Part shown: piece after piece, positions 57,862 to 64,000 of the stretch
How the letters are laid out: the number at the start of each line of letters is the position of its first letter
How positions within the stretch are numbered: position 1 is the stretch's first letter
NCBI GenBank assembly: GCA_039804105.1
Contig: JBDRZU010000001.1
Span: 480,001-544,000, forward strand
DNA from: a candidate division WOR-3 bacterium
GTDB lineage: Bacteria; Hydrothermota; 32-111
Reading direction: 5' to 3'
Length of the DNA stretch: 64,000 nt
Notes under the pieces: generated by a model
What the model saw: only the letters and a program-made list of their open reading frames with translations
What the model was told of the DNA's origin: nothing
Database searches by the model: none
Program-made: the position numbers and the translations under genes

Positions 57862-59911
57862 TCAATCTCCTCTCAAGATTTATTTTAATAACCCTATTTT
57901 CTTTTTTCAATAGATTCATATCCGAATATAAAAAATTCTCAGCATCTTTAAACGCTTCTTTCATCAGATCAAAATCATCAAAAAAGTTTGCAAACTTGAA
58001 CATTGGTATACCACTCTGTTTCCTTCCCCAGATTTCACCCGGACCTCTTAGTTTCAGATCATATTCAGAGATTTTAAAACCATCGTTGTATTTGGAAAAC
58101 ACCTGAAGACGTTTTTTGGCATCATCTGTTATATCTTCAGATGAGACAACGAAACAGAACGATTGTTTATCACCTCTTCCAACTCTTCCTCTTAACTGGT
58201 GTAACTGAGATAATCCGAACCTTTCAGCAGAAAGGATAACCATAACCGTTGCATCCTTAATATCTATTCCCACCTCAATTATCGTGGTACCAACGAGAAC
58301 ATCTATAACACCTTCTTTAAGTTCATTCATCACTTTTTCTCTATCCTTTGGACTCAACTTTGAATGGATTATTCCAAGTTTATACCCTTTAAGATATGTT
58401 TTTGAAAGATTTTCATAAACTTTTTTGACTGATTCATAATCCGCCTCTTCTCCACCCTCGATGGCAGGACAAACGATAAAAACTCTTTCTTTGTTATCTA
58501 TCCTTTTTCTGATGAATTCATACATCTTCACAATCCCTTCCGGAGAAACCCATTTCGTTTTTATCTCTTTTTGCATCGAAGGTCTCTGTCGTATCTCGGA
58601 TAGATCCATATCACCGTAGATCGCAAGAGATAAAGATCTTGGAATTGGCGTTGCGGTCATAACAAGATAGTCAACATCTATGCCCTTCTCTTTCAAAGAT
58701 GATCTATGGATAACACCAAATCTATGCTGTTCATCAACTATTACAAATTTAAGATTCTTGAAAACAACATCCTCTCCTATCAAAGCATGTGTTCCAATAA
58801 CTATTTTAATATCTCCATTCTTTATCTGATCATATCTTCTCTTATTTTCTGTAATCGATGAGGTTAAAAGTTCAACATCAACTCCAAGATTTTCAACCCA
58901 ATTTTTGATTTTAAGATAATGCTGTTGAGCGAGTATTTCTGTTGGTGCCATAAGTGCTGCCTGGTATCCACTATCAACAGCATAAAGCATCGCTATCGTT
59001 GCAACAACCGTTTTACCAACACCAACATCTCCCATCAAAAGGCGATTCATAGGTTTATCACTCTTCAGATCATTTAAAATTTCGTTGATAACCTTTTTCT
59101 GATCATCCGTTAATCTAAAATCAAGTGATGAAAGAAATCTATCAACAAGAGAACTGTTCAAAAGATAATTCTTTTCCACCCTTCTTTCTCTGTTTTCAAT
59201 CTTTCTTTTTGCAACAAGTAGTCCAGCATAGAAAAGTTCTCCATATTTTAATCTTCTTAAACTCTCTTCCTTTTTCTCTTCATTTTCAGGGAAATGTAGA
59301 TTCTTTATCGCCTTCGTTAAATCGATAAGATTTTTTTGAATTAAAAGATCTGAAGGTAAATCTTCATCGATCTGATCAATATCTTTTAGAAGATTGAAAA
59401 CAAGTTTTCTTAAATATTTTTGAGTTATGTTTGACCTCGTATGGTAGACGGGAACAATTTTCCCAGTATTAATGAGTTCAAAAAAATCATCCTGAAAAAT
59501 CTCAAAATCTGGATGTAAAATTTCAAATCCCCCTCTTTTGATACGAACTTTTCCACTGAAAAGTGCTACATCTCCCTTTTTTATACTGTTTTTTATAAAC
59601 CTGTTGTTGAACCAGGTTAAGAAAAAATAATTTTCCTTTTTTGTTTTTGCAAGTGCCTGGAAAATATATTTTCCTTTTCTTGTGAATATTTCCCCACAAT
59701 CTATCACCTGTGCAAAAATTGTTATATAATCACCATCTTCGATTTTATCCTCTTCTATAATATTTCTATCAATATATCTGAAAGGTGGATATGTTAAAAG
59801 ATCGTATTTGGTATATATACCCATCTGGTTTAAAATTTCTGCCATCTTAGGTCCAACACCTTTCAAATATTTTATGCTATCAAAAAGATTATTTTTCACC
59901 ATAATTTTCAA
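57845..59911 (-). CDS. recG: ATP-dependent DNA helicase RecG
   Basis: LKGVGPK, wedge OB fold, RLL.GDVG.GKT, VDEQHRFGV, MTATPIPRSL, QLHQLRGRVGRG, DL.LRGPGE..G..QSG. Confidence 0.97.
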   Translation of the reverse strand: MKIMVKNNLFDSIKYLKGVGPKMAEILNQMGIYTKYDLLTYPPFRYIDRNIIEEDKIEDGDYITIFAQVIDCGEIFTRKGKYIFQALAKTKKENYFFLTWFNNRFIKNSIKKGDVALFSGKVRIKRGGFEILHPDFEIFQDDFFELINTGKIVPVYHTRSNITQKYLRKLVFNLLKDIDQIDEDLPSDLLIQKNLIDLTKAIKNLHFPENEEKKEESLRRLKYGELFYAGLLVAKRKIENRERRVEKNYLLNSSLVDRFLSSLDFRLTDDQKKVINEILNDLKSDKPMNRLLMGDVGVGKTVVATIAMLYAVDSGYQAALMAPTEILAQQHYLKIKNWVENLGVDVELLTSSITENKRRYDQIKNGDIKIVIGTHALIGEDVVFKNLKFVIVDEQHRFGVIHRSSLKEKGIDVDYLVMTATPIPRSLSLAIYGDMDLSEIRQRPSMQKEIKTKWVSPEGIVKMYEFIRKRIDNKERVFIVCPAIEGGEEADYESVKKVYENLSKTYLKGYKLGIIHSKLSPKDREKVMNELKEGVIDVLVGTTIIEVGIDIKDATVMVILSAERFGLSQLHQLRGRVGRGDKQSFCFVVSSEDITDDAKKRLQVFSKYNDGFKISEYDLKLRGPGEIWGRKQSGIPMFKFANFFDDFDLMKEAFKDAENFLYSDMNLLKKENRVIKINLERRLNEKVD

Positions 59912-60464
59912 AAACCAATCTACTAGTTTTAAAACCCAACAACTGTTTTAAAAGAAAGATCTCTGGCAGTTCAATGAAAATTTTATTTATCGTGAAGTTC
60001 CTGTCAAACTCTAATATCGAAGTATCAGGAGAATCATTTCTGAAAGTTATATTGAAAATCTTGTATCCTGTTTCATCCTCTGAAACAAAACCGTAAGATT
60101 TGATCTTCGCTTTATGAAACGAAGATTTTTCAATTCCCTCATATTGCCATTTCTGCTCTTTTTCGAAAGGAAGGATAAACCTTAACCTTATGGGAGAGTA
60201 GTTTAAATCGTATGTTAAAAGTCCAACTTTAAAAACCCTCTTCAGAAGGAAGAAAGAGTCGTGGGATGCTACATATTTTTCAGAGTAGAAAAGTTTATCA
60301 CCTTTGAGAAAAAGTGCTAAAGAATCAATCTTTTTTTCAACTTTTAACTGGAAAATCTTTTTACTGGCCCTCTCAATGAAAACAAAATTACCTTCCCTTA
60401 TCTGCCCGTTTGAGATCAACATAAAAAAAAGAGAAAATAAAACTACAAAATATTTTCTTAACAC
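59889..60464 (-). CDS. Hypothetical exported protein
   Basis: Signal peptide-like N-terminus; coupled to neighbours. Confidence 0.55.
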   Translation of the reverse strand: MLRKYFVVLFSLFFMLISNGQIREGNFVFIERASKKIFQLKVEKKIDSLALFLKGDKLFYSEKYVASHDSFFLLKRVFKVGLLTYDLNYSPIRLRFILPFEKEQKWQYEGIEKSSFHKAKIKSYGFVSEDETGYKIFNITFRNDSPDTSILEFDRNFTINKIFIELPEIFLLKQLLGFKTSRLVFENYGEK

Positions 60465-60991
60465 TATTCTCTTGAAAATTCTAAACTACTGAAATAGAGT
60501 TTAAATTTTACTTTTATAGGGAGATTTAAAGAATCTTCTACAAAGTTTTCATCGATTTGACCTGTTAAGAAACCTTTCCCTGTATGAAGTTTTGAAGAAT
60601 ATAAGAAACCTTTTATATCAAAATCAAAGGGAGATATAGAATTCTGTTTTATTCTAACATTTGAAAAGAAAATTTTTATCTCATACTCTTGGGAATCTTT
60701 TAGAGATTCAAGTAAAGATAGATCAAGATCAGGTTTTGAAAAAATTACAATATAATTTTTGTTTTCTTTTTTCAAAGTTATTTCATCTTCTCTAAAAGAG
60801 AAAAAGTTTTCAGAATTTTTTGTGTAGTTGTAAAAAAGAAGAAATGTACCAAGAATAATAAGGATAAAACTATCAAAAAATTTATCCAAAAATATATTCT
60901 TGCTAAAAATTATTTTTATTCCCCCAACAAAGATTACGACTGAAAATAATGTTATAAGGAGAAGCCACATATACACCCTCCTACTTTTCAA
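60464..60991 (-). CDS. Hypothetical membrane protein, divergent LiaF-like
   Basis: Two N-terminal TM helices plus YIVIFS...LDL beta domain similar to the upstream gene. Confidence 0.5.
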   Translation of the reverse strand: MKSRRVYMWLLLITLFSVVIFVGGIKIIFSKNIFLDKFFDSFILIILGTFLLFYNYTKNSENFFSFREDEITLKKENKNYIVIFSKPDLDLSLLESLKDSQEYEIKIFFSNVRIKQNSISPFDFDIKGFLYSSKLHTGKGFLTGQIDENFVEDSLNLPIKVKFKLYFSSLEFSRE

Positions 60992-61472
60992 CTATTTCAA
61001 GTGTTCCTAAAACGACAGTCGCGATTATAATCAAACCTTCTTCGGGATTTTCTCCCATTTTCATATCTTTATTTCCAAAAACTATATTATCACCGTGTGG
61101 AGTGGTGAGTTGCCCAAAAACTGATGTTGCATATATTTTACAGTTCATACCTTTTTTTATATAGATAACACCCTGACCCAAAACTACATCCACATTCAAA
61201 ATCTTTTTACCTTCAACTTCAGATGCATCGATATTACTTGAAGAAAATAGAACAAGGTAATCTTTTCTGTTCTGATCAACTTTTTCTGTTACAAAAAATA
61301 AAGATTTTTTACCAAGAAGTATTGTGATTCCAAAATATATCAAAATGAATGAAACCGCTGTTTTAAATATTGGTATAGAAATGTTAAAAAATGTTGAAAT
61401 AAATAACATTCCACCGATCAAAACCATAAAAATTCCAAAAATCAGTTTAACAAGATCTCTATCATCCTTCAT
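60981..61472 (-). CDS. LiaF/DUF2154-like membrane protein
   Basis: Two TM helices then Y.VLFS...ID, V.VV.G...I, A.SVFG, I.A.VV.G..EI. Confidence 0.6.
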   Translation of the reverse strand: MKDDRDLVKLIFGIFMVLIGGMLFISTFFNISIPIFKTAVSFILIYFGITILLGKKSLFFVTEKVDQNRKDYLVLFSSSNIDASEVEGKKILNVDVVLGQGVIYIKKGMNCKIYATSVFGQLTTPHGDNIVFGNKDMKMGENPEEGLIIIATVVLGTLEIVEK

Positions 61473-61490
61473 ACTTTCTCCTTTTTTTTA

Positions 61491-61563
61491 ATGTTATCAG
61501 TATAAAAATAAATGTCAACAAAAATAAAAGTGTTGTTGACAAATAATAGTAAAGAAATAGAAT
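61491..61563. promoter_or_regulatory. Back-to-back divergent promoters
   Basis: Minus: TTGACA(61518-61513)-N16-TAACAT; plus: TTGACA(61536-61541)-N16-TAGAAT; both followed by AAGGAG. Confidence 0.7.
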
Positions 61564-61581
61564 TAAAAAAAAGGAGTTTTT

Positions 61582-62691
61582 ATGAAATCTATTGTTTTAG
61601 GTGGAGGAAGGCAGGGAATCGCATGTGGTGAATTCCTTTTTAAAAAAAATGTTGATGTAACTTTTGTAGATATCAACAATGAAAATCTGAACTATCTCTC
61701 TCAACTTGGTTTTAAAACTATCAAAGAAAATATTGATTCTACTGAAAAGGTAAACAAACTTTCAGAAGGATTCGACCTAATAATCTCCGCCTTACCTGCA
61801 AAACTTGGAAGAATCGCCCAAAAGGGAGCGATACTCGCACAAAAGAATATAGTTGATGTTTCATATTCTGAAAATGATCCTTTTGAACTTGATGAAGAAG
61901 CAAAAAAGGCAGGTATCACAATAATTCCAGATGCAGGAGTAGCACCTGGTTTGAGTAACCTTTTTGCAGGTAGAATATATAAAAGTTTTGAAAAATGTGA
62001 AAAGATAAAGATCTATGTTGGTGGAATGCCTGAAAAAAATATTCCACCTCTTGGATACACGATAACTTGGTCACCTGAAGATCTTATAGCAGAGTACGAA
62101 AGGGAAGTAAAAATTCTAAAAAATCGAAAAATTAAAATCGTTGAACCGCTGACAGGCGTTGAAAATGTGAAATTTAAAGGTTTTGAACAACTCGAAGGTT
62201 TTTATACAGATGGGTTAAGAACACTCTTAAACACTTTAAAAGATGTTAAAAATCTTGAAGAAAAAACTTTAAGATATAAAGGCCATATAGAAAAAATAAA
62301 ACTTTTAAAAGATCTGGGCTACTTTAAAGAGGAATTGAATGGAAAAAAACCAAAAGAGGTAACAATAGAAGTTTTGAAAAGTATTAAATATCCTCAGATA
62401 AAAGATGTCTTACTTTTAAGAGTAATAGGTGAAGGGAAAATAAATAAAAGGTGGAAAACCATCACATACGAACTTGTTGATCGAGGAGACGAAAAACATT
62501 CCGCAATGGAAAGAACAACAGGTTTTTCTCTTGGAATATTCTCTTATATTCTTTTAACAAATAAAATTGAAACAGGGGTTGTTCCACCAGAAGTCATCGG
62601 ATTTGATCAGAACAAGTTTAAAAAAATAATCTCATATCTCAAAGAATTGAACATAAAGGTAAAATTTAAAGATGAAAATAGTAGGAAGTGA
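61582..62691 (+). CDS. Saccharopine dehydrogenase / lysine 6-dehydrogenase family
   Basis: VLGGGRQG, D.GVAPGLSN, VGG.P....PPLGY..TWS..DLI.EY, EKTLRY.GH, AM.RTTGF. Confidence 0.9.
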   Translation: MKSIVLGGGRQGIACGEFLFKKNVDVTFVDINNENLNYLSQLGFKTIKENIDSTEKVNKLSEGFDLIISALPAKLGRIAQKGAILAQKNIVDVSYSENDPFELDEEAKKAGITIIPDAGVAPGLSNLFAGRIYKSFEKCEKIKIYVGGMPEKNIPPLGYTITWSPEDLIAEYEREVKILKNRKIKIVEPLTGVENVKFKGFEQLEGFYTDGLRTLLNTLKDVKNLEEKTLRYKGHIEKIKLLKDLGYFKEELNGKKPKEVTIEVLKSIKYPQIKDVLLLRVIGEGKINKRWKTITYELVDRGDEKHSAMERTTGFSLGIFSYILLTNKIETGVVPPEVIGFDQNKFKKIISYLKELNIKVKFKDENSRK

Positions 62692-63703
62692 AAGAATCAT
62701 TTTTGATAATTTCAAAGAGAATTTTCAAGAACCTTTTCAAAATTTCAATTTTAGAAAAAAATATTTTTTTTCATCTGGAAGAGGTGCTTTAAAAAATGTT
62801 GCTTACTATTTAAAAGAAAACGGTTACAGGGTTCTTTTTCCAGATTATTTTTGTGAGGAGATGTTAAAACCCTTCCTCGATGAAAATCTAAGCATAAAAT
62901 TTTATAAGATCAAAAATAATCTATCGTCTGACATAGATTTTTTGAAAAAAGAAAAAAGTAAAAAGACAGCCATATTCATCACAGATTATTTTGGTTTTCA
63001 GGATGAAGAACTATTAAAATTATCAAAGGAAAAAGGATTTTTTACCGTAAGGGATATAACACATTCTTTTTTATCTGAATTTCAATTCTCTTCTTCAGAG
63101 ATGGTTGTTGGAAGTTTGAGAAAGATTTTTCCTGTCCCAGATGGTGGAGTGCTTTTTACAGACCTAAAAAATTTTAAAAAGATTAGAAAGAGTTCAGATG
63201 AAAATTATTATATAGGAAAAATCGTATCAAAACTATACAGAGAAATATTTGAAAATTATAGATATGAAAAAGATTATTTTGAAAAAATTTATGTTTACTA
63301 CTCACAGAAAAGTGAAAAAGAGATCGGTGACATACCAAAAAATATTTCGCGATTCTCTTTGAATTTTCTCAAAATTTATGATCATAAAAGATCATCACAA
63401 AAAAGAAGAGAAAATTTCAATTTTTTACTTACAGATGATTTTGTTTATGAAAAGGCAATTTTTAAATTTTTACCTGAAAATGTAGTTCCACAATCTTTTC
63501 CGCTAAAAATAGAAAACAGAGATTTTGTGAAATCAGAGATGCAAAAATATAAAATCTTTCTTCCAGTTCTATGGAGATGCCAGAACAAACTTTCTGCAAA
63601 AATTTTGAATATACCTGTTGATGAAGAATACTCTAAAAACGATCTCAAAAGAACAATAGAAAAAATAAAACTCGTTTTAAGGAGAAAAAATGAATATAAA
63701 TGA
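62672..63703 (+). CDS. PLP-dependent DegT/DnrJ/EryC1/StrS-like protein
   Basis: SSGR.AL, P.YFC..M, DYFG, D.THS, SLRK..PVPDGG, RR.NF, IPVD..Y. Confidence 0.7.
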   Translation: MKIVGSERIIFDNFKENFQEPFQNFNFRKKYFFSSGRGALKNVAYYLKENGYRVLFPDYFCEEMLKPFLDENLSIKFYKIKNNLSSDIDFLKKEKSKKTAIFITDYFGFQDEELLKLSKEKGFFTVRDITHSFLSEFQFSSSEMVVGSLRKIFPVPDGGVLFTDLKNFKKIRKSSDENYYIGKIVSKLYREIFENYRYEKDYFEKIYVYYSQKSEKEIGDIPKNISRFSLNFLKIYDHKRSSQKRRENFNFLLTDDFVYEKAIFKFLPENVVPQSFPLKIENRDFVKSEMQKYKIFLPVLWRCQNKLSAKILNIPVDEEYSKNDLKRTIEKIKLVLRRKNEYK

Positions 63704-64000
63704 TTTTCTTATAGAAGAAAACTCAACTATATTAGAGTGCTTAAAAAAGTTAAACGAAAAAGGGGGAAAAATCCTTTTTCTTGTAGATGATAAAAAGAAA
63801 ACAAAAGGTTCTCTAACAGATGGTGACATCAGAAGAGCGTTGATAAAAGGATACAATGTTAACGATAAAGCAAAACAGATAGCAAAAAAGGATTTCATCT
63901 ATCTTTTAAAAGATTCAGAACACGAAGCAAAAAAGTTAATGGAAAAATTTAAAATAAAATTTGTTCCATTACTTGATAACAGAGGACGTATTTTGAAAAT
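63690..64000 (+). CDS. CBS-domain protein, probably CBS-nucleotidyltransferase; 3' partial
   Basis: Not in the ORF track; AAGGAG then ATG 63690: MNINDFLIEENSTILECLKKLNEKGGKILFLVDD..KGSLTDGDIRRALIKG...VPLLDNRG; runs off the window. Confidence 0.75.
   Translation, partial: MNINDFLIEENSTILECLKKLNEKGGKILFLVDDKKKTKGSLTDGDIRRALIKGYNVNDKAKQIAKKDFIYLLKDSEHEAKKLMEKFKIKFVPLLDNRGRILK

Noticed and set aside
61513..61541. Inverted repeat TGTCAACA...TGTTGACA as an operator
   Set aside because: Fully explained by two back-to-back -35 elements.
1627..63898. Many short (60-160 aa) ORFs in the track that overlap long genes on the opposite strand or in another frame
   Set aside because: They are shadows of well-supported genes, with no RBS or recognisable motifs.

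Overview
AT-rich bacterial chromosomal window, standard genetic code, diderm-type gene content. The many secreted proteins with short C-terminal Ig-like sorting tails resemble FCB-related candidate phyla such as WOR-3/TA06; this is inference only and no search was run. The backbone is ordinary housekeeping: glnA, ugd, rluB/scpB/dprA/obg, lepA/lepB, hemW, pheST, a BtuCDF-like ABC importer, msrAB, recG, tRNA-Ser(GCT) and a CAT-anticodon tRNA. The left edge carries a partial PLD-nuclease/SF2 helicase. The standout feature is two paralogous minus-strand cassettes (about 16.2-22.2 kb and 45.4-51.0 kb). Each has a large (about 1140-1280 aa) secreted protein with a shared C-terminal scaffold but an unrelated N-terminal domain, followed by an about 700-aa FG-GAP-repeat partner. 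In both large genes the real SD+ATG start is out of frame with the body because of a simple-sequence repeat in the leader-coding region, C10 in one and (CT)10 in the other; one slipped unit restores a signal peptide. Both cassettes end in the same ~33-bp motif, and cassette 2 is bracketed by that motif as an inverted repeat. Together this looks like a phase-variable, modular, possibly mobile surface-protein system. Promoters in the window also show a consistent 16-bp -35/-10 spacer, and several genes appear leaderless.
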